DNA of 64,000 nucleotides, taken from Candidatus Heimdallarchaeota archaeon. GTDB taxonomy: Archaea > Asgardarchaeota > Heimdallarchaeia > Heimdallarchaeales > Heimdallarchaeaceae. The position numbers and the translations under genes were made by a program. The notes under the pieces are model-generated. The model worked only from the letters and a program-made list of their open reading frames with translations, ran no database searches and was not told the DNA's origin. The DNA is taken from contig JABCTC010000005.1 of assembly GCA_018238545.1 (NCBI GenBank), positions 42,066 through 106,065 of the forward strand. Direction: 5' to 3'. Shown one piece after another: positions 8,541 through 18,293 of this stretch (its first letter is position 1; each line of letters opens with the position of its first letter).

Positions 8541-9413
8541 TTATTTGTATCTATCTAAATCATCTTTGTTATTTCGGTATTTTCCAGAGACTGATTTAGA
8601 ATCAAAAGAGTAATCATTATTCGAATTACTTTCTTTTGCATCATTTTCAAAATCTTCTTCGTTCTCAAAATCTTCGAAATCTTCGAAATCGTTTTCTTCT
8701 GTATCTTGGTAGAATTCTATTTGGGTTTCAAGAAACGAAGTATCAAATTCAGTAATTTTATTTGAGTGAAAATCTCTATTAATGTGAGTTTCTACTTCTT
8801 TTAGAGCCATTAATGCTGCATCATAATCGATGTCAAAAGTATTACAATAGGATAAAACAGCTAATACAGGAACACTATATGCTGTACCTTCTGTAAGGAG
8901 AAAACTTATTGGTCCTCTGATTGATAAGTCATCTCTGAAGGTTCTTTTTGTTCCATAAACTTCTGTGTATTTATTGGTAGGAACTAAAGCTATCCAAGAA
9001 TCATCTGTAGTGTCTCTTACATCCTCTCTCAACCCACCAATTATAATGTATCTCTTAGCATTCCAAGATAGAATCTCCTGTGCTAACCACTTCCAGAATG
9101 CGTCTGGTAAAGCATCGTAACCAACTACAGGGATCGGTAAACGCGAAGCTACCAAAACAACTTTTTCTTTCTTGTCGCTGGAATCTGCGTTCATAGAGTA
9201 TACAGTAATTGGAGTTTCAATGTTAGCCTTATGAAACCAACTCATCGTTCCCCAAAAACCAACAGAGACAACATCAGTCTCTTCGACAAGATGATTTAAG
9301 ACAGTGGTTCCCACTGAACCGTAGCCCGTAAAACCTAGAATCACTGTCGTGTCAGAATCTATAATTGAGGTGTCAAAGGACATCTGATTAAGAAAAAGTG
9401 TTTTATTTTTCAT
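8541..9413 (-). CDS. PAC2-family proteasome assembly chaperone with acidic tail
   Basis: GFTGYGSVG..VLNHLV N-terminal motif, IIIGG, G..SFLL; acidic EDFEDFE tail. Confidence 0.75.
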   Translation of the reverse strand: MKNKTLFLNQMSFDTSIIDSDTTVILGFTGYGSVGTTVLNHLVEETDVVSVGFWGTMSWFHKANIETPITVYSMNADSSDKKEKVVLVASRLPIPVVGYDALPDAFWKWLAQEILSWNAKRYIIIGGLREDVRDTTDDSWIALVPTNKYTEVYGTKRTFRDDLSIRGPISFLLTEGTAYSVPVLAVLSYCNTFDIDYDAALMALKEVETHINRDFHSNKITEFDTSFLETQIEFYQDTEENDFEDFEDFENEEDFENDAKESNSNNDYSFDSKSVSGKYRNNKDDLDRYK

Positions 9414-9509
9414 TGTTTGATGAAGATATTTACATGTGGTTAAAAAATTGATGGTTAGAGCGTTTTTTTGCGCTCAATTTTTGTTTGAATTTACTAGTTT
9501 CTGGTAAAT

Positions 9510-11105
9510 TCATGCTTCCTCAAGTTCAGTTTCTTTATCTTTTCTTCTCACTTTAGATTTATCTATAAATTCCTCTTCTTCAGGCCATAAGAAGGAAGCA
9601 ATTGTAGTAAAGATAAGCAACAACACAATTGGAACTAACAAGCCTATGAGATTATATGCAAAATTATCTGTTCTATCAGAAATTGCAAACACAATCATCA
9701 ATGCTACACCACCTAAAATTATCCCAATTATTTCACTTACTGAAATAATTGTCTGTTGAATACTCATAGTAGATCCATGTCTTTCTTCATCCATTCCGAT
9801 TGAACTGCTATCTCCTAAGCGACCACTTATTGCGGGAAAATACGCTGCACCCAGGACGAGTGATATTACTAGTAATATAAGAATCCACCAGTTACTCGTA
9901 AAACCATCTGGATCAAATTCTGACGTGGGGTCATACCAAGGTTGTCCTCCTGTCATGAAATTTCCAAAAAAGGATATTCCAATAACAACTGCCATCATTA
10001 GTAAACCTGCAACGCCTATTGAAAGAGCTTTCCGACGTCCTATCTTATCAGCTATCCAACCCCAAAAGGCCATAGGCAGTCCCATAGTCAAAGTAAATAC
10101 AACCGTAGTTAAACCAGCATCTGCAGGACTTGATTCAATTGACAAAATTAAGAAACCCCAGTTGTTCAGAATACCAATTATTGCAGCTGTTCCCAGCAGA
10201 GGTAAAACTATTCCTCTTCTGCTCTTATCAACCATGAGTTTCCATGACATTAACAGCTCTTGTTTAACACTGTACTCTTCATGTTCAAGAACAGGTTTGG
10301 TTTTATCAATCATGAGAAAAACAACAACTGCAGAGATTATTATTGCAAAAGCAAATAAAAGATAAAGATAGGCAAGTCTTTGGGGGTTGTTGGGTTGCCA
10401 ATAAGTAATAACGTTTCTTGCACTTAGACTAAGTTCGTTAATTTTAGCAAAAAGATTGATTCCCCCGATCCTAATAAGCTCATTAACGCCAACTATGGAA
10501 TTGTAAAGAACACCTGCTAAAAGAACACCTGCAGATCTACCTCCAGAAACAGCTACATTGTATAGACCCATTTTAGTAGCTCTTGTTTCATAAACTGAAA
10601 ATCTGGATATGTAGCCATAAGAAGCATTCACCTTGATAGAACCTGCTAGACCATGCAAAAAATGAAATAAACTCATTCCAAAGATCATCAAACCATTAGC
10701 TAAGGGGATTATACCAATCCATCCTTGCCAATTGAGAGCACAAATTCCATAACCAATTAATATTAATCCTCCGGCAGCTGTTCCTAGTAGAATCCACCGT
10801 TTTGCATCAGACACATCAGATCTAAAACCAAAATATCCCGAACTGATGATCACAGCAATGGCATAAGTTATTTCAACGAATATTATTGACAGATTCGCTT
10901 CCCAACCCTCCATTCGAAGATGAAGAAAGATGTAAATTGGCATTAATACAGTTGTGCTGCCAAATGCGACTCTGAGGAAAAAAGTTGAGATTAAAATTCC
11001 AATAAAAGAAAGAGTAGGTCTCTTTTGAGTGTATAAATCATCGCCATCGTTTGTTTTGTCCAGAGTACCATCCAATTTATTTGATGATTTGTTGCGCATA
11101 TTCAT
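9510..11105 (-). CDS. MFS transporter
   Basis: ~12 TM helices; GWIADKIGRR motif A in the second half. Confidence 0.88.
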   Translation of the reverse strand: MNMRNKSSNKLDGTLDKTNDGDDLYTQKRPTLSFIGILISTFFLRVAFGSTTVLMPIYIFLHLRMEGWEANLSIIFVEITYAIAVIISSGYFGFRSDVSDAKRWILLGTAAGGLILIGYGICALNWQGWIGIIPLANGLMIFGMSLFHFLHGLAGSIKVNASYGYISRFSVYETRATKMGLYNVAVSGGRSAGVLLAGVLYNSIVGVNELIRIGGINLFAKINELSLSARNVITYWQPNNPQRLAYLYLLFAFAIIISAVVVFLMIDKTKPVLEHEEYSVKQELLMSWKLMVDKSRRGIVLPLLGTAAIIGILNNWGFLILSIESSPADAGLTTVVFTLTMGLPMAFWGWIADKIGRRKALSIGVAGLLMMAVVIGISFFGNFMTGGQPWYDPTSEFDPDGFTSNWWILILLVISLVLGAAYFPAISGRLGDSSSIGMDEERHGSTMSIQQTIISVSEIIGIILGGVALMIVFAISDRTDNFAYNLIGLLVPIVLLLIFTTIASFLWPEEEEFIDKSKVRRKDKETELEEA

Positions 11106-11301
11106 TATTCCTTAATTGATAATCGAAGTGTGTCAGTCTTATTATTAAAATTTTTGCTGATATTTTCAGATTTAGCTTTTAGTTATTGATTAAAGTGAGT
11201 AGCAAAATTAACTTGGAATAAAAACACCAACTGAGAGTACTTAAACGAAAATCGACATAGTTCATAAGTGAAATGTTTAATTATTATAAAAAAATACCTT
11301 G

Positions 11302-11356
11302 AAGTATACGAGAAGTAGCGTAAAGTATTTAAGAAAGGCATAAAGTATTTAATACT
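11302..11356. promoter_or_regulatory. Phased repeat/operator region upstream of regulator pair
   Basis: TAAAGTATTTAA twice (11321, 11341); AAGTA at 11302/11313/11323/11343; palindrome AGTATT-T-AATACT at 11344-11356. Confidence 0.45.
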
Positions 11357-11404
11357 GTAAGAACATAAAATAATTATTAATAGAACAGATGGAGAATTAG
11401 AAAA

Positions 11405-11833
11405 ATGAGCAGTGAAAAGCAGTCCGTAACAATTGCCAAGATGGTCAAATTAGAGGCTGAAAGGCCGATTGAACTACCCGAGGAATTTTTATCAGCTCTA
11501 AAACCCGATGGCAAGACTTATGCTGTCTTGATTTTAGCTCCCAACACTCGAATAATCAGAATAATTCCAACAAGTACAAATGAAGTCGCGAAGATTAACA
11601 TCAATATTGGGAAACTTTCTCCTGATTTCCTTCGTAAGATGGGTTCTATTTTCATCAGACTTGGTATTAAGACACTCTACAGTACTGGTCTTTGTTTCAC
11701 TCAGAGCGCCTGTGTGTATGAAGGGTACATTGACTCTGATGAATTAAAGGAAGTCAGTATTGATCAGATCAAAGATGAGCTTGAAAGAATTGAAGGCGTA
11801 TCGAGTGTCGAGGTAGAAACGCTAACAGTATAA
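11405..11833 (+). CDS. Small regulator-like protein (AbrB-like N-terminus + ACT-like C-terminus)
   Basis: VKLE..RPIELPEEF N-terminal hairpin pattern; C-terminal beta-alpha-beta-beta-alpha-beta ending IEGVSSVEV, typical of ACT. Confidence 0.6.
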   Translation: MSSEKQSVTIAKMVKLEAERPIELPEEFLSALKPDGKTYAVLILAPNTRIIRIIPTSTNEVAKININIGKLSPDFLRKMGSIFIRLGIKTLYSTGLCFTQSACVYEGYIDSDELKEVSIDQIKDELERIEGVSSVEVETLTV

Positions 11834-11847
11834 AGGGGCCAACCTTA

Positions 11848-12564
11848 TTGGTTCAACGGAGTAGGAAAAAAGAAAAAAGATTAAATTTACTCCTTCACCC
11901 GTTGCGCCGTGAGATTTACAGACTAGTGTGTGAAACCCCAGGGGTTTACTTTTTTGAATTATCTAGTGCATTAACAGCTCCACATGGTACTGTAAACTGG
12001 CATCTTAGAAAACTAGAAGAGGCAAGTTTGATAAATTCTATGAAATTTGGAGGTAAAAGAGTTTATTATTCCCGAAATTTGCGTACAAAAGATGTTGAGA
12101 AAGCTTTTGTTGTTTTGAAGCATGTGACAGCACGTAAGGTTTTTGCACATATATTAAACAGCGAGAACTGCCACCAAACACAAATTGCTCGGAGCTTGGG
12201 TATTCATCATGACACAGTTCGTCACCATACTCTGCGTATGGAGAAAGCAAATTTAATTGAAAGTTTTAAAGATGGAAGAAAAACCTGTTATAGGCTTGGA
12301 GAGATTGGGAAAAAACTCCAAGAAGATAGTTTGAATACAATCTCAAACACATATATCGCAGCTCTGATGGACATTCTTGAAGAAAGTTGTCTTCATCCAG
12401 AAATAGAGGAAATAAGTACAAAGCATCTGACAATAAGAATCGAATGTCCTGGATCAACAGATGCTACTTTTACAATTTCGTTAGATCAATGGTCATTTGA
12501 TGAAGAAGAATTCGATGTTGTACAAACTGAGGGAGAAAGAGAAATTGCTCAAGAGGAATCATAA
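11848..12564 (+). CDS. Tandem winged helix-turn-helix transcriptional regulator (ArsR-like)
   Basis: LHPLRREIY..V.ETPG..F.EL...GTVNWHLRKLEEA; second wHTH QTQIARSLGIHHDTVRHH. Confidence 0.88.
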   Translation: MVQRSRKKEKRLNLLLHPLRREIYRLVCETPGVYFFELSSALTAPHGTVNWHLRKLEEASLINSMKFGGKRVYYSRNLRTKDVEKAFVVLKHVTARKVFAHILNSENCHQTQIARSLGIHHDTVRHHTLRMEKANLIESFKDGRKTCYRLGEIGKKLQEDSLNTISNTYIAALMDILEESCLHPEIEEISTKHLTIRIECPGSTDATFTISLDQWSFDEEEFDVVQTEGEREIAQEES

Positions 12565-12565
12565 T

Positions 12566-12610
12566 TTCACACAGAGTGCTTGTGTGTATGAAGGCTATAT
12601 CGACTCTGAA
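12566..12610 (+). pseudogene. 45-bp diverged copy of 11696-11740 (codes FTQSACVYEGYIDSE)
   Basis: 38/45 identity; all 7 differences at third codon positions. Confidence 0.85.
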
Positions 12611-12734
12611 ATTGATTGTTCTAGATGAAACGGGATTTTTTTACAAATAAGTCAATTAATTAACCAAAAATAAATTTCTTCAAAAAAATAGCTTTATAAG
12701 GGAATTTGGCAATCCATCATAAGGAGTGTCAAAT

Positions 12735-13751
12735 ATGAGTTCGAAGACTAAAGTATCTTCTACTAAAAGTAAAAAATCAACTAAAATCGATATTAAAGGC
12801 CTTGCAAAGAAAATTAAAGAAATTAAGAAAAACATGAGCAAGGTAATTGTCGGACAAGAAGAAGTTATAGATGCAATGATTACAGCACTTATCGCAGATG
12901 GTCATGTTCTGCTTGAAGGAGTGCCAGGAATTGCAAAAACATTAATGGTACGTGCTTTATCAAAAGCAGTTTCAGCAGAGTTCAAAAGAATACAGTTTAC
13001 TCCAGATCTTATGCCATCAGATGTTACAGGAGTTATGGCTTACAAACCCGAAACAGGTGAATTTTACTTCAAACAAGGACCGGTTTTTACAAATTTGTTA
13101 CTAGCAGATGAAATTAACAGAGCGCCACCCAAATCTCAAGCTTCAATGCTTGAAAGTATGCAAGAAAAGCAAGTAACAATTGAGAAAAAAACCTACAACC
13201 TTCCAGAACCATTTATTGTTTATGCAACTCAGAACCCAATCGAAACTGAGGGAACGTATCCTTTACCTGAAGCTCAAATTGATCGTTTTGCCTTCAAAGT
13301 TCTAGTAACCTATCCAAAAGAGGATGAGGAAGTAGAAATCGTAGAAAGGTTTACTGGTGAGCATGATTCTTACGATAAATTGGAAGATATTAAACCAATA
13401 CTGACTGCCAACGATGTAATCGAACTCCAAAAACTTGTTCGTAAAGATGTTACCATTTCTGATGAATTAGCTAAATATATCGTCCGTATCGTCAATTTAA
13501 CTCGTGAAAGTGAGGAAGTATATATGGGTGCAAGTCCAAGGGCAAGCTTATGGATGACAATTGCCGCAAAAGCATCCGCAGCGATGGAAAGCAGAACTTA
13601 TGTTAATCCAATTGATATACAAAAGATAGCTAAGAACGTTCTTAGACACAGAGTTCTTATTAAGCCTGAATACGAATTTGATGGCACCACATCTGAAATA
13701 ATTATTGACCGAATCCTACAACACACTCCTGCACCTAGTGTTCAATCATAG
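12735..13751 (+). CDS. moxR: MoxR family AAA+ ATPase
   Basis: GHVLLEGVPGIAKT, RIQFTPDLMPSD, LADEINRAPPKSQ, TQNPIE.EGTYPLPEAQIDRF, GASPRA; AAGGAG upstream. Confidence 0.95.
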   Translation: MSSKTKVSSTKSKKSTKIDIKGLAKKIKEIKKNMSKVIVGQEEVIDAMITALIADGHVLLEGVPGIAKTLMVRALSKAVSAEFKRIQFTPDLMPSDVTGVMAYKPETGEFYFKQGPVFTNLLLADEINRAPPKSQASMLESMQEKQVTIEKKTYNLPEPFIVYATQNPIETEGTYPLPEAQIDRFAFKVLVTYPKEDEEVEIVERFTGEHDSYDKLEDIKPILTANDVIELQKLVRKDVTISDELAKYIVRIVNLTRESEEVYMGASPRASLWMTIAAKASAAMESRTYVNPIDIQKIAKNVLRHRVLIKPEYEFDGTTSEIIIDRILQHTPAPSVQS

Positions 13752-13785
13752 AGTTTGAAAAATTCAATTACAGAGTTTGAAAAGT

Positions 13786-15984
13786 ATGAAACTATCTCGG
13801 AAATCCATATTCCTTTTAGTTATTGTCCTTGAAATATCAGGGCTTATAGTGGTAAGTGGGCTTACTATAAACTCCAAATTGAACGATTCATCGAATATTC
13901 AAGCTCAAGCTGAAGATTTGACAGTGACCATTGAAAAAGATCAGTTCTATTTCAAAAATGACACCGTAAAATCAAACGCCTACATCTATTGGGCAGAACT
14001 TGAAGGTGGTAAGTTAACTATTTATGGAAACACTTCAGACATGTACCAAATAGAATTTTGGGATGGTATAGGCAACCTTACTCAAAAAACAGAAGAACAA
14101 AATGGCGATTATGAGATTTTTCCAGACAGGATAGTTATTACTATTCGCACAACAGAGTTGTATTATCAGATACGAAGTAATTATTATCCAGATTATTTTC
14201 TTGATACAAATTTCATAGTTATTTTTGATACATTCTGGGCTCAATTCAGCTATTTGACTCCAGAGGGAGAGGAGAGATATGCGCCAGTAAATTATCATAA
14301 TAGGCAATTACTTCCAGAAGGGGCTGGAATAGTAAGCTATGCCCCAACAGATGGAGCTATTATCGTAAAGGAAGGAAATTCATTTGGCATAGTTTGGGAA
14401 TATTCTGAAAGAGCTATGGACCCTTTCCATGAACCATTAACTTATGAAATAACATATAATTTTGATCCAATCTATCTGCAGTTTACAGAGCAGATGTTTA
14501 ATAATCAACAGCAGCAACAAGAGAAAGAACAAATTGATAATTTGCTAGATTTATTAAAAACATATTTCAAATTAATAACTTATTTTGCTATAGTTTTAAG
14601 TGTTATAGCTGCACTTCTTGGTTATTTAAGAGCAAAAAGGAAATTTAAATCACGATTAAATGAAGCACGAAATATGCCAAAAAAAATGCTGAAAGACATC
14701 GAAAAAGAGACCGATACCGGCAAAAGGGTTTCTTCAATGTTCAGTGTTCTTTTCTTGGTATTAATTCTCTCTTCAGCACTTCATCAAGGAGATAATTTGA
14801 CAGAGGCTCAAGATGTATCATATCTAGCTAATAATAGACAAATTACAATAGATGACTATTCTGAACTAGAGGCTTCTAGTGAGAATATTTTATACGACAC
14901 TTCCATTGATTTAGGTAAAGATGGCATTGCGTATGAAACGGTGACAATAGAACTCCCGTACACTATAGATAATTTCAGTATCTGGGTTGATACAACAACA
15001 GTACTTGATTTTAGAGCTTACAACAGCTTAGGAGCACCAATATCTTATCAAGAATTTACTGATCATTTTCTTATAAGAAATGTTCAAGGATATGTTAAAT
15101 ATGAGATAGTGAAACCTTACATTTACTATAACAATAGCAATATTCTAGTGTATATAGATTATTTTTGGTTACTTTTCGTAGACGAAGAAGCAGAGGAGGA
15201 AGATATAGGATACTTGAAAGCAGATATAGATTTCACTATAGTAGTTCCTGATGGAGCGATACTATATAGTGCATCTCCAGAAGATATTTTGACTCTATCT
15301 CAAACTCCAGAGGGGAGAAGAAAAGTATCATTCTCTGATACAGATAGACAAATCGATCCTTATCATGAACTTTTCTCAACACAAGTGACTTTCTCCTATA
15401 TAGATGTGATAGAAGCTATAGAAAACCAATCAGCAAGATTCGAGCATTTCCAAGTCGATATAGAACTGACAACTGAGCAGATAATAGAGTTTACTAGAAA
15501 TTTGATCTTCATAAGTTTATTAGGTTTAATTGCACCTATACTATCATTTCTCTTAACATACTTCATAATGAGAAGAAGGATGATGCGTAAAATCAAAGAA
15601 GAGGAACAAAAACATGAGATGCTTATATCGGTCGAGGAAATTCAACTAAGGGCAATGAAAGATGCGCTAAAAATAGATATTTCAAAAGAACCTTGGAAAG
15701 CAATGCTTGGAGAATATTGGGAATTATTGTCCTATCTTAGCAGATTTACACCTGTTAATATGCTAGGATTAAATGAAGAGATACATGAAAAGACTGTTCG
15801 CAAGTATCTTCCTTCAATGTTAATATCAGAAACCTTAGAATTATTATCTGTTGGAAAAGCCCTTTCAGATAATTGGAAGAACGAAGAACAAATACACTAT
15901 ACAAGACACCAAGCTCGAGATTACCTTGAATCAGTGATGAAATTGATTGAGAAAACAGAAAAATGGAGAAAAGAGAATTCATGA
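13786..15984 (+). CDS. Membrane protein with two homologous ectodomain-TM modules
   Basis: Internal repeat: (FDTFW...LPEGAGIVSYAP...MDPFHE...YEITY) vs (IDYFW...VPDGAILYSASP...IDPYHE...TQVTF), each followed by a TM helix and basic stretch. Confidence 0.75.
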   Translation: MKLSRKSIFLLVIVLEISGLIVVSGLTINSKLNDSSNIQAQAEDLTVTIEKDQFYFKNDTVKSNAYIYWAELEGGKLTIYGNTSDMYQIEFWDGIGNLTQKTEEQNGDYEIFPDRIVITIRTTELYYQIRSNYYPDYFLDTNFIVIFDTFWAQFSYLTPEGEERYAPVNYHNRQLLPEGAGIVSYAPTDGAIIVKEGNSFGIVWEYSERAMDPFHEPLTYEITYNFDPIYLQFTEQMFNNQQQQQEKEQIDNLLDLLKTYFKLITYFAIVLSVIAALLGYLRAKRKFKSRLNEARNMPKKMLKDIEKETDTGKRVSSMFSVLFLVLILSSALHQGDNLTEAQDVSYLANNRQITIDDYSELEASSENILYDTSIDLGKDGIAYETVTIELPYTIDNFSIWVDTTTVLDFRAYNSLGAPISYQEFTDHFLIRNVQGYVKYEIVKPYIYYNNSNILVYIDYFWLLFVDEEAEEEDIGYLKADIDFTIVVPDGAILYSASPEDILTLSQTPEGRRKVSFSDTDRQIDPYHELFSTQVTFSYIDVIEAIENQSARFEHFQVDIELTTEQIIEFTRNLIFISLLGLIAPILSFLLTYFIMRRRMMRKIKEEEQKHEMLISVEEIQLRAMKDALKIDISKEPWKAMLGEYWELLSYLSRFTPVNMLGLNEEIHEKTVRKYLPSMLISETLELLSVGKALSDNWKNEEQIHYTRHQARDYLESVMKLIEKTEKWRKENS

Positions 15985-16700
15985 AAAAAGTTAGCAAAAT
16001 TATAGTTTTTATTTTACTTATAAGCATACTAGCTTTAGATTTTACAAGTTATGTTTCAATAAGTCAAGAGTCAGTATATACATCACCAAAGGAGACATTG
16101 GAAATCAATGGAGATACAAATTTCACTGTATATTCAACAGCACCTTTAACTTGGGAGTCAAACAGTCAGACAAATTATACAGTTTACTTTAATTCCACTG
16201 GCGTGCCCCTAGGTGAAAATATTACTCTTGTAAGTGTCGCAATTTACTATAATATTCCTGATAATCCCCACAGACAACAAGCTCGTATTCTTACTCCTCA
16301 AGTTAATCTAACAGGTGTTAACCAACAATATGAAATATTGAGTTCTCTACGACCTCCCTCAGATGCAGATGAGTTTAACATAACAATTGAAATCGTTGCT
16401 AGAAGCACATCTGAACCTGAAAACAAATTATTCGAAACACAATTCCCAGGGGATGGAATATATATTGATATTAAAACGGACTTGGTTCTACCTGTAATAA
16501 ATCTTCCAGGATTCCCAAATATCGAAACTTTTGCAAGGTGGATTTTCATTTTTGCAGTTGCTTTTGTAATAATCTCCTTACCAGCAATTTTCGTTGTTTC
16601 TTTCAAAATCCAAGATTTTGTGAAAACACGTAAAAAAAGTGGAAAGAAGGAGAGAACCAAAACGAGAAAAAGTAAAAGAGAAGGAGGAAAGAAAAAATGA
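15981..16700 (+). CDS. Secreted/membrane-anchored protein
   Basis: Signal peptide MKKVSKIIVF, beta-rich N-x-T-containing domain, C-terminal TM and basic tail; ATGA overlaps on both sides. Confidence 0.75.
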   Translation: MKKVSKIIVFILLISILALDFTSYVSISQESVYTSPKETLEINGDTNFTVYSTAPLTWESNSQTNYTVYFNSTGVPLGENITLVSVAIYYNIPDNPHRQQARILTPQVNLTGVNQQYEILSSLRPPSDADEFNITIEIVARSTSEPENKLFETQFPGDGIYIDIKTDLVLPVINLPGFPNIETFARWIFIFAVAFVIISLPAIFVVSFKIQDFVKTRKKSGKKERTKTRKSKREGGKKK

Positions 16701-18289
16701 GCTCTAAGGAAACCACCACACCACTTGAAAGATCAATGAAAAAAATGGATATTTTAATGAGATCCTTTGGAATGCGCACTAGAATCTTCAAAGGAAGAAC
16801 TCGAGCAGTTGTAAAGGGAACTAGAAAGGTTTATCCTTACGAGTTAAATGCCACTATCGTTGAAACTGCAAGAGGGGTCGGAATCAGAGTTAAACTAGAA
16901 AGAACTTGGTATACTTTTCTCAAACTAATACCATTTTCGATAATTCTAATATTCTCATTATTGCAGTATTTTGTACCATCTGCGGGACAAGTGATTGCAG
17001 ATGCTACAGGTGTTAATCTTTTTCTACTTATTTTAGGACCGACGCCAAACCCTATTGGACTCTGGGTTATTCTACCAATAATTGGCATTGTAATAGTTGG
17101 ATCCGAGATTCTGGAACGGATAATAAGAGCTAGATACATCCAAAATAGAATGCCTCGTTTCTTAAGCGGAGCAGAATGGATGGTTGCTGAACCACCTGTT
17201 GCACTCGATATAGTAAGTTCATCCAATAACTTAATTTGGTTAATGTATGTGATACTTATTATCATTTTTGCACCCTTATCCTTCCATGAAGAAATCTATG
17301 CAAAATTTCTAGAGGTTTATCAAGTTGAATCAGCTGCTTTGCGAAGCACAACACTGCTTATCTCTGTATTAGATGTAGCACTTGTATCTGGAATCATGTT
17401 TGCTATTCTTTATCAGAATTATGAGAAATTTAGAGGAAGTTTAGACAGGCAGCAAATGAGACATGACATTAAGCTTGAAGGTCAAACACGACAAATGTTC
17501 CAAGTTGTTCTAGGAGCAATATTCCTCGCAACACTTGAAATATCATTATTCTATTTCGCTTTCTGGTCTGCAATTACAGTAGTACAGGTTTTAATGTTCT
17601 ATGGGATAACTATAGCTTCAAGTGTACTAGGTTGTTGGTTGTACTGGCAAAAGGAGAGTTACAACTTTATTGCAATGGCTATCTGGTTCTTTCTAATAGA
17701 TGTTATAATGATATTCCTTAATGCGGACGATTCTTCCTACTCTTGGATGATTATTTGTCACCTATTCCTCATACTCCTAATAGCTATTCTTTCAATGAAT
17801 AGGCATTTTGAGCAATATCTAGAGAAAAAGGGTGTGTATGAACCTAGTTGGATTTTCAATCCCTTACCAATATTTTCTTTTATCGCTGTATTTCTAAAGA
17901 AAAAGGTTAGGGGGGTTAAAGGAGTAGAAAAGGATCTAGATGAAATCTTAGACGAAGAAATGAAAGATAGAGTGAAGGAAAAAGAACCTCTATTCATTGA
18001 TATAGGAAAAGTACGAATCAAAGGTAAAGAAGCTGTTAAAATCATTGAATATTATGAAAGATTAACTTCAAGAATAGTTAAAGGTGAGTTAAACATACTT
18101 TCTCTCACTGCTCTCGATGATCAAATCAAAGAGATTGTCAAATCTGACAAAAATCTAATGAAAGAAGCTGACCTGTTTTTCTCTACTGTTGACAGTCTCC
18201 TATGGCATGATGATTATAAACTCAAAGATGGTGAAAAGGTTCTCAAAATTGGAGAGAAACTGTATAATGAAATAATTAAAACAAGGTGA
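16697..18289 (+). CDS. Multi-pass membrane protein
   Basis: ~8-9 hydrophobic helices, soluble C-terminal domain; translationally coupled. Confidence 0.75.
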   Translation: MSSKETTTPLERSMKKMDILMRSFGMRTRIFKGRTRAVVKGTRKVYPYELNATIVETARGVGIRVKLERTWYTFLKLIPFSIILIFSLLQYFVPSAGQVIADATGVNLFLLILGPTPNPIGLWVILPIIGIVIVGSEILERIIRARYIQNRMPRFLSGAEWMVAEPPVALDIVSSSNNLIWLMYVILIIIFAPLSFHEEIYAKFLEVYQVESAALRSTTLLISVLDVALVSGIMFAILYQNYEKFRGSLDRQQMRHDIKLEGQTRQMFQVVLGAIFLATLEISLFYFAFWSAITVVQVLMFYGITIASSVLGCWLYWQKESYNFIAMAIWFFLIDVIMIFLNADDSSYSWMIICHLFLILLIAILSMNRHFEQYLEKKGVYEPSWIFNPLPIFSFIAVFLKKKVRGVKGVEKDLDEILDEEMKDRVKEKEPLFIDIGKVRIKGKEAVKIIEYYERLTSRIVKGELNILSLTALDDQIKEIVKSDKNLMKEADLFFSTVDSLLWHDDYKLKDGEKVLKIGEKLYNEIIKTR

Positions 18290-18293
18290 GAAT

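Noticed and set aside
9925-10365. Antisense/shadow ORFs in the track (e.g. 9925-10365, 16837-17265, 26478-26951, 44048-44458, 52352-52813)
   Set aside because: Fully overlap well-supported genes on the opposite strand and show no motifs.
11696-12610. Duplicate pair as a DGR template/variable repeat
   Set aside because: Mismatches are not adenine-specific on either strand, they are third-position, and no reverse transcriptase is present.
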